Positions 14,183 to 27,415 of a stretch of 64,000 bases of DNA are shown here, piece by piece. The first letter of the stretch is position 1; every line of letters begins with the position of its first letter. The notes beneath the pieces are model-generated. The model was not told the DNA's origin. It saw only the letters and a program-made list of their open reading frames with translations, and did not search any database. A program made the translations under genes and the position numbers. The DNA is taken from positions 21,762,001 through 21,826,000 of the forward strand of contig CM022671.1 in the NCBI GenBank assembly GCA_012295275.1, given 5' to 3'. Source of the stretch: Chrysomallon squamiferum (Eukaryota; Animalia; Mollusca).

Positions 14183-16946
14183 ATGTCTTCACTAAAACTG
14201 GCCACTTCTACGACGATAACAACCACGGTGCAGCCCGTGAACTTGGAACCAACAATCCAAATGAAGTTGCTTCCTCCAATAAAGAATAACTCAAATCAGA
14301 GTACAGCAAGGCTACGGAAATTACGATTAGATCCTACAAGAGCGCTGGAGCCAACGCGAAAAAAACTATCAACTATTGAATCACAAAGGGTAATGTCAGT
14401 TTTTGAAGAAACCATCAGACGTGTTGAAATAGTTACGTTGCTCCCGTTCGTACTGGAAAACTTGAATCGTTTTAAAATCACTCTTGGAATTGAACTAGTG
14501 AACATGCTGCAACAACATATAAATTTCCAAAACGATTACCAAAGCATCCGGTCACAGCTGGACAGACAACTTCAGAAACGATTGAAAAGTGCAAGAGACG
14601 CAAGTCCGGTTGAAGATTTTGAAGGATTTGTGGTTGAAGACCCTATTGATAGCAGAAAGTCTAGCATTTCAAGTGCCCACTCTCTTCAGAGTTTAGACAA
14701 TAGGGCTGAGGAGCTGATGAGAGAGTTAACAACAGTTGCTAATCTGCTAAGTCATTCATGTAAAAATATCCTGAGACTGTTCAGCCAAAATCCTGCAGCA
14801 ATGAATGCCATTCTGGCAGAAGCACCCTACCGGTTAGCTGACTGCAAGGAACTGATAGCTTATTTGTTAGAACTGAAAGAAATTCTGCTGGGGAAACTGC
14901 TGACAACACCAGAAGAGGAAAATGAGAGGATGGAATATCTGAAGGAAATATCCAAACGAGAAAGGAATAATGCTGCAGTTATTGACAAACTGGAAGCAGA
15001 ACTGAAAGCTGCAATGGATGAAAAAGAAGAAGAAGTATGTCATTTTATGTAAAATTCATAATACAGCTCTTAAACTATGTAAATTAGTGTACTGTTGAGA
15101 TAATTAGACTTATGTTCACTATAAAATGTTTGTGAAAAGAAAATATTTTTTACTAATTAAATGAAATAATTGGTAGACTGAAATAAATTTGTAAAAGGTC
15201 AAACAAATTGAAAGTTGTCTTTAAAATCAGGTATATTTTAAATTTAAGAAAAGAAATATTTATAAACATGATAATGTTTAATTGATTGAGTGTGAAACTC
15301 ATTGTTCATATTTTTCTTTTTGAACAGGTTAGAAAGAAAAATGATATTATCCGACATCTCAGTGCTGATGTCACACAGATTAACAATTTTGCAGAGGAGC
15401 ACAATCGCAGACTGAAACAAGAGGCTGAGAAACAGGAGGCAGCTGACAAGAAAAACAGTGAAGGGAAATGTCAAAAACTGGAGCAAGAAATAAAGCATTT
15501 ACGAACACAACTTCATAACATTACCATGGAACATCGAGACAGTGAACAGGAACTTCGCAGGGTATCTACAGCTATATTTTTCTTGTGATAGTGATCATCT
15601 AGTTCTAAAATTTCAGAATAACTAATTAATATAGATTAATCCACCTCCAGATTTCATGAAAATGTAATGAATTTAAATATCTGTCTCTCTCTCTATATAT
15701 ATTTTTTATTTATTTATTTTTTATTATTATTTTTTTATAACATACATATATGCACAATATACAATTTTTACAGGTTATTAATGATTTTGGACTCATACAA
15801 AAATAACATTACAGTCATTAGCCAGTTTTATTTATTTCTGAATTTTGTGTTCAAGAATGTATGATTTCTTGCTTTTACATTATTTTAATGGTTATAATAT
15901 ATTTAAATTCTAATAGGAATAATTACTTAAGGATAGAAGTTTAAAATTAAATGTGAAGAAGCAGTTCAGAAGATTTTATTTTTTATTATGGCTGGATTTG
16001 CCATAAGAAAATGTTTTTGTTTGACATATATTGCATTTTATGCCATTTGGAAGTAAAGTTATGCTGAGACATCTTAAATTTCGTATTTCTTTTATTGTAG
16101 AAAAAGTACAAAGTGGAAACTGAAGTGGAAAACTGGATACAGAAATATGACCAAGACATGGGAGAAAGACAGGTAATTACATGGACAACAAAAACATTTC
16201 ATATGTCAGTGGCTTCTAATAAATGTTTTCAGTTTTTATTTATTTATTTATTTATTTTTTTGATAGAGTGAACTCTATATTAATTTGATAATCAAATAAT
16301 TTGAAATCATCAGTTATTTATGATTCAGTCACAAAGTTGGGTCATCTGAAAATATTTACTTATTCCAGCACCATTCAGTAGTTTAAATTGCATTATGCAA
16401 CATTCTGTCTTTGCATTTATAACTGATTTAATAAAACAGTTTTACCTTTTGTTCCTCAAATGAAGCAAAAATAAAATCTGACAAGAAAAATAAAGTTTTG
16501 AAAATTTTCCATGAGTTGAAGAGAACAATAACAGCATTTGCATAACTGATTTCATTTTAAAAACCAGTTACCTGCTTACAATCATTGATGATTCGTTTCC
16601 AAGGAAAGTCCTTAAATGAAAACACTTTACCTAATTATGTTGTGCAATTTGTAAATTTCTTTATTTCTTACTGCAGGATGAGTATGAACAGATTGATGCA
16701 GTGTACACACAGGAGAAGAAACAACTTCACGAGCTGGAAGAGCGTTTCAAGACGCTCGAGGCAGAGTACATTCAAATAATGGAGGAGAGACGCGAAGCTC
16801 GTGAGAAGCGCGAACGAGCAGAGCGCGAGCTGGCCCTGATGATCAAGGCTGCAACGACCATTCAAGCCTTCTGGAGATCATTCAAAGTCCGCAAAGCACT
16901 CAAGTCTAAGAAGAAGAAGGGTGGCAAGAAGAAGAAGAAGAAATGA
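14183..16946 (+). CDS. IQCD: IQ domain-containing protein D / dynein regulatory complex subunit 10
   Basis: Exons 14183-15034, 15328-15561, 16101-16172, 16677-16946, all phase 0. Long coiled coil, LLTTPEEE, KKYKVETEVENWIQKYDQDMGERQ, C-terminal IQ motif AATTIQAFWRSFKVRK and Lys-rich tail typical of DRC10. Confidence 0.92.
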
Positions 16947-18158
16947 ACACTGATTAGCACTTCCATTTTTTGTTTAGTGTACGAAAAAGTACCTCTGCGG
17001 GATGTTATGAAAATTCTAAAATATATTGTTAATACTGAAGGTCACATTATAAATTCTAATTGTTGATGAAAATACATTCTGAAGTCTTTTTACGATTCAA
17101 AAAAAAAAAAAAAATTCTTAAATATTTTCTGAAAAAAGGAAAAAACAAATCATCTTTAATTTTTGGGATAAAACACTAAAATTGTAATTTAAATTATTTA
17201 GTATAAATATAACATTTAATGGTTATTTAGTGCAAAATAAACTCTATTCTGATACAGACAAGATTATATATTTGTAAATATTAACAAGGTATTTTTTTTT
17301 ATAATATAAAACGACATTGTTTTTATGTGTACATTTACCAAATGTATTTTTGTTCAGAACGATATTGTTTTATTTAGCATGCAAGATGTGCAGATGTATG
17401 ACACTGATGATTAAATCTTTATTGTAACTTGGAAGAATGCATTAAGAAAGGTGTATTATCATTGAATTAATATTTAGACAGTCACACATAATACACTTAG
17501 ATGTAGGGGTCCAAACACCCAGATATATAAACTGTATATCTTTTTATAAGAGAAATATTTTTTTTTGATAAAAATATTATTATTTATTTATCTTTATCTT
17601 TTTGTGTAGTTTTTTGTGGAATGCAGGTATATATTTGCATTTCACAAAATTGAGTTGCTGTGTCACATTTGAATGAAATAAAACAAACTTAAAATCACTG
17701 AAAACTAAATATTTATTTATTTTTTACCAAAAATATTTTGATGGATTTGTGTCCATGGATGTATTTTTCATTCATATCTACAAGACTAATTACAATGTTT
17801 AGCAGCAGATAATAAAAAACATGTGCATGTAACTACAAGATGCTGCAACATGTCCTCAGGAACTAGTTCAAAACTAAAACAAAAATTGTGACATTAGATA
17901 AATCTTAATCTGCTGCCTGGACCCATTTTTAGGCATCTGTAATTGTATATTTCTTTGAGGGTCTATGTAGAAACAAGCACTATTTCAGCTGTCAATTTAC
18001 TACATGGATCCAACTGGAGGCTCTAACAAAAACCAATATATTCTAACAAAGAATTACTTTTTAACTCTTTAAATTTTGAACTATGATATGACGTTTTAAA
18101 TGTCTGCAAATGATGATGTAACGATGATGCAAAAAGGAAACTTTAAAAAAAATACAGT

Positions 18159-20206
18159 TTATTTTTCATCCTTCTTTTCTGCATAGTCTGTGTATTTGTT
18201 GCTCTTGCCATAGACTTTGTCAGGTGGGTATTTTTCAGCATTCTGCTTCAGTTTTTCTAACACAGCTGCAGGTAGATCAATATGACATCGATTAGCAAGA
18301 CTAATCAGATAGAGTAGAACATCACTCATCTCCTGACCAACATGAACCTTTTCAGATTCTGTGAAGTCTGAAAACAAATTTGAACAGACACATTTAACTA
18401 CAAATTATTTTAGTTTAAAAACTTTAATAAATTGTTGTCTCCTTTTTTTTTTCAAATGTGTTCCATCGTAAGAAAACTCTAGGCTTATTTGATACATGCA
18501 TAATTTTCCTTGCTGGGTTGGCTTGGATAGCCTGTAACCCAACAGCCGTGTTTCTTTACATTCAGATAAGTCATTTTACTCTAACCAATTAATGGGGGTT
18601 TTAAAATTATTTTTCACAATAATTAGTATTTAACCACTTTATTTTCCAGTAATTTAGCTGGACTTTCCTCTAGTGAGAAACAAATTAGCACCAATCAAAG
18701 TGCAGGACAGTAAGCTTCAGAAATGATTTCATAAGATACAAAAAATCTTCATGATAGTCTTACTTTGGAAATAAATAACCTGATTACTAAACAATGGACT
18801 GCATTGTTCAGCTATTGCAGTGGTGGCATTTTCTACATTAAACAAATACAGATCCATTGCTAATTGATATTGTTATTATTGTTTCATCTAATATAATCTA
18901 GTCTAGTCTTTTCTAGTTTACTCTAGTCTAGTCTAATTTAATTTAATTTAATTTAATTTTACTTTAGTATTATTTTATTTGTTTATTTTATATTTATTTA
19001 TATATTTTTATATTACTATTTTTTAATAATAATCTATTTTTTTTATTATTACTTTTTTGTTGTTCTTTCTTTATAATAAAATTATTATATCTTGGATGTT
19101 AAATTCATTGTAACAACTGTATTCCTTATGAATCTGCCTTGGTTTAAAATATAAATAAAATGCATCATAAACAGAAGAAATTTTAAAATTGAAACCTCTT
19201 ACCTGGTAAACCTTCCTTAACCTCTCCTTTCCACTGACTGAAATAATAAGACACTTAGTGACTTAAGCAGCTAATAAAACAGTGGATTTTTTCTTTATGT
19301 GATATTTAATCATGCATATATTTATATATATACACATTATTTTATGATTATAAACAGTGATGATTTCAAAATACAGATTCCATGTTGCATTTAACTTTTT
19401 CTTTTTAAAATGTAATTATCTATTACAAAAATATATCTGTTAATAATTCTATGAATGATTAATGTATGATGCACTGAATATATCTGAACATAATTCAAAA
19501 TGTATTAGTTTATTGATTTGATTTTATTATACTTTAACTGAATTATTATCCATTTAAGTACATCTTCACAAACTGTTTCCAAAGAGAAATAAAATGAGGT
19601 CTGCCTACCCCTCACATTATGTTTATAAACAACATTATTTCCAGTAATTTTTGGTTCATCAGATTCACAACTTACAAAATCTCTGCTAATTCACCAACTT
19701 CAGCAATTAATGCTAACAAAACATTTCTAGGTGTATGGAACTGACCCCAGTTTCTCTTGGTACAAAAATCAAGGTGCAGTTTTCGGCTTAAATATATAAA
19801 ATAGAGAAATACTTACATATACAAATGAATTTTATTTTTGGATATTACTATTAGTACTGTCTGGAACTGGAAGTCAATTATAATAAGAATTTTATTTAGA
19901 TAACAAATTTAAATAAATAATAAATATTTAATAATATACTAATTCTAATATAAAATGTATTAAATGATAGTTTTTGTCAAATCATTAATGTTTTAGGTAT
20001 TGGTACTGAGTCAGTGAGTGAGTATGTTTAATTATAATTTTTGCTTTATTTAAAAATAAAAACGAATTAACTAACATCGTTTCAAGATTTGGTTCTTGGC
20101 TAAACGTGAAATGGTTATCTTTGGATTCTGTTTCTTTAACAGTAGCAGTATCGTCATAATTGGGTTTGTGACGTTTTGTTTGTGGACTGTCGAAAATATC
20201 ACTCAT
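18159..20206 (-). CDS. DCTPP1: dCTP pyrophosphatase 1 (MazG-like all-alpha NTP pyrophosphatase)
   Basis: Exons 20206-20076, 19786-19676, 19237-19203, 18367-18159. Translation includes FTFSQEPNLETIRKLHLDFCTKRNWGQFHTPRNVLLALIAEVGELAEIFQWKGE...GQEMSDVLLYLISLANRCHIDLPAAVLEKLKQNAEKYP. Confidence 0.95.
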
Positions 20207-20652
20207 ATTGTTACTGTTAGTTTCACTTTAAAAAGTTGTCTAAGCAAAACGCACGTGCCGGAAATGACGTCCTTATTTATAAATGTATTGTTCAACTGTA
20301 TTTGTATTTTATGATACGCTTATGTTTCGATTCGAACAAAAAACCGTTTAACAAATTATCAGTCTATTTTGACGTTTTCACTTCCTGGTTCAAGGTGTCA
20401 TGTAGAGTAAAACTAGGTTATTTCCTTTTCTCTAGTCAATTGGTAACAAAGTCCGAGATGCAGTTACATTTTGTTCATCTGTTCATAGTAAATGAATTAT
20501 ATTTGACAATATTTGACACGTTAAATATCTTTTAAAGAGTAAACCGCCTTTTAATTTATTTCCTGACGCCAGTAACTCGAATGACAGGTGACATGTCCCC
20601 ACAGATTCAGGAACAAAGAATGTTTTTCTTCTGTTTAAAGAATTGCATAAAT
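20207..20652. promoter_or_regulatory. Bidirectional promoter DCTPP1/EMI-domain gene with E-box and ETS-CRE composite
   Basis: 446 bp between divergent ATGs. GCACGTG at 20251-20257 is immediately followed by CCGGAAATGACGTC at 20258-20271. A second ETS site CACTTCCTGG lies near 20379. Confidence 0.6.
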
Positions 20653-23600
20653 ATGCCCGGAAAACAGTTATGTTGGTTATTTATTATATATATGGCATGT
20701 ATATTAGTGCTGACTGAGCCAGTGGCCTCGAAGTGAGTTCATTTTTGTTATTCTGTTGCAATTTTACAGTTTAATTTTTAAAGAGTATTATCAGTACTGA
20801 GTATATGATCTATATCAGATTATATCATTCATTCATTGTTATCATTTTTGTAAATAAATTACTATATTCCTTTTAAACGACATTTAAATAATAAATTTAG
20901 AATTATTTAATAAAATGTGATATTCACTGTCTTGACTTTTTTTTTTTTTCATACAAAAATTACTCACTTGTATAATAATAATGGTTGTGTGTGTGGTGTG
21001 CGTGTGCTTGTGCTTGTGCTTGCAAGCATATGCACACACAATAACAAACATTTTGAAAATTAATTTGTTTTGTTTTCTTTAGGGGACGTATATGCACTAA
21101 ACTGACATATCAGCCAAAAGTGATTACCTCACAGAAAACAAAAATGTGCAATCAGTCTTATCAGGCTTATTGTTCTTGGTTTACTCGAAGAATGTGTACG
21201 TTTTATGAGTAAGTTTTAAAATTAATTCTGTTATACATCAGTGCAAATAAATATTTAAAATAATAATTATTATATAAAAAAAAAAAAAAATAACTAGTAA
21301 ACTACATAAAATTTTGAAGTTATTGTAATACAATTAACATTTCAAACATGATGCTCATTTATTTTGTTATTTTGTATGTTATAGGTCAGTTGTATTGTTT
21401 AGTTAAACTTCCAGATTCAACATTAACATTCATTTGAAAAGTTTCAGCTGAGCATATTAATTTTGCCCTCAACAACGTTGAAAATAACAAATAAACTAAA
21501 AATATTATTTATAGTTATTTCTATTAATTGCATTTATCATAACATTTGTTTGAAAAAAAATTCTTGAATTATTTACATTCATTGGCAGTAATTTGACAGA
21601 TCTTTATTTTGGTTTGATACATTTGCAGGGCTTGAAAAAATGTTAATTAATAAAAATTGTTGTATATGTATTTTGATATGTTCTTGTTTATATATAACAC
21701 ATTTATTATCTTAATTTCAGAGAAGTTGAATGTCCAGAAATAAAAAACATAACCAAAATGGTTCCAAAAATAGTTTATGTTTGTTGTCCTGGATGGGTTC
21801 AGCTTAGCAATGATTCATGCATACGTATGTACATTTAAACAATATATTTTGATAGTGATCTGAAATGTTAATTATCATTTGTTTGTTATTGTTTATATTT
21901 ATGAATTATTTTTATTTGGTGTAAATGTATAATCTACATTTAATAATATTCTTGATGATGAAAATATGTAATGAAACAAGTTACAGTAAATAATTTAATC
22001 TTATTGTGCATGAGAAAATCAAACGTGGTTCAAAATGTAAAATGTTTTGAAAAGTAACTGATTTAAGATATGGTGCAATAAAAAAGTTAGAAAGTATTTC
22101 AGATGAAAAATATATCGCAGAGTGTTATCTGTATTAAGTAAATGCTGAGTTACATTTTTTATTTGAAGAAATATTAACTTTTAAAAATTGTTTTACTTTC
22201 ATAGGTGTTTGATTTGATAGGTGATTTACTATTATATTTAAAATAGTCTTTTTGACACAGTAGAAACTTATGGGTTTAAATGCACTTAATATAATAAAAC
22301 AAATTTAAGTAATTTTTTAAGTTGATGAATTGAAATTAACATCAACAGTATTAATATTTAGAAATATAAATATGTGGTTTGTATCAGAGAACATAAAGAA
22401 GTCTGGTTATACTAATGTAGTTAAAATTTATATAAAACACTAAATGACATATTTTACAATGATAAAGTCATTTGTTTACAGTTCTATCACAATAAAACAT
22501 ATTCCCAGTAGTTAAAGGTTATAGATTTGTTTTAAGCTATATAGCTGCATGTTCATCAACAGTGTAAGGTATACAAAGAAAGTAAAGATGAATTAAATAA
22601 GGAATTAAGAATGAGATTTAAAAAAACAAAACAACAGAGAAATAAAAAGATGGTGAGAGAGAGATTTTGTTTTGTGGCACCCCAGCAAATTATGAATATG
22701 GGTCTGTCATTGTTAAATATCAGCTAGGTTAATTGTATTTTCTCTAATTGTTTTTATATTTGAAAGCATTTAAATTCTTTTAGGTGAAGAAGATGCTGGG
22801 GTGTTTTACAAAGATAACACAACACAAATTCATATTGTCTATGAAGGTATCTTGCCTGGTATGGTTTTGTTCCGTGTTGTTGTTTTTTTATTACTTTGCT
22901 ACTAATTACTAATTAATGTAGATGCTAGTTATTATATTTACTGGTGAAAGGAGCTTTCAGTTAAAAACTCTAATGCTAATTTAACCCTGTAAAATATAAA
23001 CAATACTTGTTCTCAAAATATATACTTTTTTTTTTTTAGTACACATTCTGCTATACTTCTTTTTTAAATAAAGGCTAAAAATCTGTGGAAATGGTGGTAA
23101 TTTCTTTAAAAGCTACGTGTAATTTCTATCTCTGTAACAAAGTAAATATGCTTTTAATGAAGTGCAGTAAAACAGAATGACTAATGGTGAATAATGTAGC
23201 AACTTGCAGTGAGTGTTAAAAGGTAAGAAAAACTACTAACAATTATTTTAACAAAATTTCATTTCGTTTTGTTTTTTTGCGTTTTATTGAAATTTCTTCT
23301 TTTTGTAAGGTGATGCTATATGTTAATCAGGTATACTTATGAATAACTATTGTTAGAAAAGAAGAGTAGACTAGCTTTGAGTATAAGGCGACTTAGGTGA
23401 CTGAATCACACACCCGCAGTGCCTTGTGATTGGTTTATTAAAAGCCATAAATCATCTCCCCTGTTAACGAGAAGGGTCAAATATAACATCCCTTGCTGCT
23501 AGTGAAGTTGCAGCAAACAGTTTCCTCTTGTATCTATATCATTGTGTTAAAAACAAAAGAAAATAAATCCATTTGATGCCTAATAATTGCTAATGTTAAA

Positions 23601-25295
23601 ATGAGATGCAGTTATACAAACGTATGTTCATTCTTATTCATTCATTCATTTGAAAAGGCAGTTAAACCAAGCAAACCAGTAAAAAAAAAAAATTAATAAT
23701 AATAATAATAATACTTTTAATAATAATAAATCCCATAATTAGTACTTAATTATTACTGATATTAAAATGTGTTTAAGAAAATTATATTTGTTATCAGATT
23801 CAGTCCTGTTATATATGCTTAGATGAATGTAACATATTAATCCTGAATAGACCAGCCTCTTGTTAATTAATACAACTTTTACCCAGCATAGTTAAAATTT
23901 ATGTATACAGACAGTGTCTTTTAAAGACAGAAAATATAACCTTAATTATTTAATTTGCTTCTTTTACAATGTCATGATTTGTTGTTTTTGTGAATTTATA
24001 TTTATTTTTTAATATTTCTTTTTTGTGAGATTTTCTCATTAATTTTAGCCTTGTATATTTTTCATTTTTGTGCATGTTTCTGTAATCTATTTATTTATTA
24101 TTTTTGGCTCTTTGTATCTATTAATACTTAGTCTATGCAATGGTGTTGGCATTAGCTAGGTCTTTTTTTTAAATTTATCAATATTAAAGTAATTTTATAT
24201 GTATGTATGTGCATGTATATGTGTACATGATTGTATGTGTATGTGTTTATATTTTTTGCTAGTACAAATTGTTTTCTAATTTTTCTTTGCTCAGAATAGC
24301 TTTGTTTTATATAATTTAGTTGATTTGTATTTGTTTTTTTTTATGATTAGTATTAATCAAATATAATATTCATCTTTTTATAAATTAATGATTTTTAACA
24401 TTTACTTTGAATAGAAAGTTAAACATTTAAATTTAATAAAAAAAAAAAAAAAAAAATTTTAAAAAATTATTATTATTTTGATCATTCTGTTTAATTGTAT
24501 ACATCTCTGATTCATTTCAGAATACTTAATGTTTTATTAAATGTTGTTATTATAAGTCTTGATTAAGAAAGAAAATTAAATAAAGAAATTAAAAAATAAA
24601 GAAAAAGAAAAAGAAGGAAAAAGAAAAAATTATACTAACATGCCTGTTTTCTCATACAGGAGACCCAGAAAAACGTTCAACAGTTTTTGAAGAGGAAGAC
24701 GAATCCAGTCTATCCCATGGTTCATTTGCAGCTATTGCCTGTGTTGTGCTGTTTGTTGTGTGTGTAACAATTGTAATTGCCATACACATCAGAAAACGGT
24801 AAGATGTTTCTTTGTATTCAATTTTGAAAGAGTTCTAAAAAATAGAAGTAGTGATTATAGTGTTAATCCTGAGAATAATGAGTGTAGAAAGTTGAACAGG
24901 GTTGGAACAAAAGTTCAAAGACAATATTTAGATATTTGGCATACATTTCACTGTCTTTGAGACAGCTTCATGCTTCCTTCCAGAACTTGGCATCTTTCTG
25001 GGAGACGATATGTTCTAAGCACTATAAACATATGTTCCAGTCCCAACAGTATTAGTAATATTATGTTACTAACTTTATTAATTTAAAAACAACATCTTCA
25101 GCTTGGCTGATGTCATTTATTTCACTGAGGTAATCTGTACAGCCACATGTGTTATAAAAGGTTTTAAAACATATTGTACTTACTTATTGCTATTATGATT
25201 TTTAAATTACTACTTCCAGGCAAATAAAACTTGAAAAAGAAGCTCAGTCTGAAGAAAGTTTTTCCATGGAACAGCAGAAAATGGTTACAACATAG
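20653..25295 (+). CDS. Uncharacterised 199-aa type I membrane protein: signal peptide, one EMI-like Cys domain, stalk, TM helix, short tail
   Basis: Exons 20653-20732, 21083-21208, 21721-21824, 22784-22858, 24660-24798, 25220-25295 total 600 nt, with canonical splice sites and matching phases. Signal peptide MPGKQLCWLFIIYMACILVLTEPVAS. Domain GRICTK...MCNQSYQAYCSWFTRRMCTFYEEVECPE...IVYVCCPGWVQLSNDSC carries the EMI-type CCPGW. TM GSFAAIACVVLFVVCVTIVIAI followed by HIRKR. Confidence 0.82.
23385..23651 (+). mobile_element. SINE-like remnant in intron 4 of the EMI-domain gene
   Basis: Higher-GC stretch containing CCCTTGCTGCTAGTGAAG...GTTTCCTCT, which from memory resembles the central domain of molluscan SINEs. 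Ends in an (ATTC)n tail. Confidence 0.45.
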
Positions 25296-27377
25296 TATAC
25301 AGGAAACAGAATAATTGTCCTCTTGACTAAAAACATAAAATCATGAAGATCAGACAGCAAGGGTGGGAACATTTTTAAATTCATAGACTTCTTATTCCTT
25401 AAAAAAAAAAAAAAAAAAAAAAATTTCTATAAATTATTTTTGGTTTCAAAACATGTTTGACCATTTACAGAAATTCTGGTTGAAGATGACCTTATTTGTT
25501 AATAAATTCTCTTTGGCTGTAAGCCAGCAGTGTTTTTCAGAGTTAAACATTTCTAAGCTGGGAAAAGAGTTCAAGGTTTTGTATTAAATATTTTCAACTG
25601 AACTGGACCATTTATATGAGGAAAGAAAACGATAGTGGTAACTGTGATATGAAATAAAAAGAAGGAAATGAATAAATACTGGTTGCAAATTGGTAATTGG
25701 AACTGAAAGATATTAAATCAAACATTTTTGATTAACTAATGAAGTTCCTGATTAAAACAGCTAAAATGAAGTATTTGCTGCTTGCACCACTAACTACTCA
25801 AATAACTCTTTTTTTTTTGGTTTGTTTTTTACACTGGCAAAACATTTCAAGTTTAAATATTCAACTTGTGCCACGAAATACTTCCATATAAACTATTGAA
25901 GTTACTATTGTTTGCCATTAATGTTTTTATAACCCAGTTTAGGTAGTAATATCTTGCTGTAATTAAATAACTACTTAAACTGTTACAGGAGCATAAAATC
26001 AGTTATTAGTGGAAATAAATTTTCATAGCAAAATAATATAACTGTTGAAAGAACCATTCATGTAAATGTTTTTGCTGTGAAATGTTTTGTTGATGTTTTT
26101 GTTATTAAATAATAAATATTTCTGTTAATATGTTTTGTTAATATGTAACATTTGTATATATACATTATGCATATATATGTGTATTGAGCTGATGTATTAA
26201 TTATTATGAGATACATTGGGAATCTTTACGTTCTAAAATAAAAAATAATATGTTTGGTTACCTTGATATATCATTATTTCATTAGTCTGCTTTATTTGTC
26301 TTTTGATATAGATCTTGTGGCATGCTTTTCATTTTTTTTTTTTTTTAAATTTTAATTAAACTATAATAAATCTGTTGCTTTGTGACTAGTTGAAACAAAA
26401 TACTCATTAATTTTTGGTTAGCTTTTTCTTTTACTTTTTTTTTACTAATTCTCAAATATTTTGTGTTCATGTTAACTTTTTTTAATTTTATTTTATTTTT
26501 TTTAAAATTAAATTTTATTTTCAGCTTACTGAATCTTTATTGTAATAATACCATGTTACAGAATACAGAATTGAAAAAATGTTCAAAAGAAGTGTTAAAT
26601 GATTATTAATGTTTACAGATAAGACATAATGATGTATTTCACTGTCAGTAATTTTATAATTTGTAAATATGTAATTACACTTTGTGATACTTTTTTGGTA
26701 ATTAAAATCAAAAGGCATATAAATATATACCAATTATAAGGGGTTTTACTTTTTTATGAAAATTCTGTGATGTAAATTTTGCTTGTTTTATCACTTATTA
26801 CATAAATATTAATAATTTGTATTATGGATTTTGATCAAGTATTTGTAATATTTTCTATCATAAATTTCAGAAGTTTTAAATGGCAATTATAAGTTTTGAA
26901 ATGAATTTTTTAGTTTTTATTTATTTATTTATATTTAAAAAAAAAAAAAGATTTTGTTGGTACTACCAAATTGTGAGTTTTATTGCATTCCTACTGAAAT
27001 GAAAAGAGCTGGATTTGTTTTCAAATAAGACCTACAAAACAAGGACTCTATCCATTTTTCTTATTGTCTCACTAAAATTACTACCAAAGAGAAAACCTAG
27101 GTTGTAATAAATGGGTTATTATAACTAAATTTCACTGATGTCTAGTCACTTTTATTTATTTATTTATTTATTTATTTATTTTTTTATTTATTTATTGTAT
27201 ATTTATTTACTTTTTTATTTATTTATTTATATTTATTTATAACCATGACATATTGTTTTTGCAATTAAAAATTGGTTTCCAGCTATGCATTTAAATGTTT
27301 CTTTTTTTTGTTGTTGTAAGCTTTTAGTATCCTTGTTTCTTTTATTTCCCCTGATTTTGCTATAACAGATAGAACAA

Positions 27378-27415
<38 letters not shown>

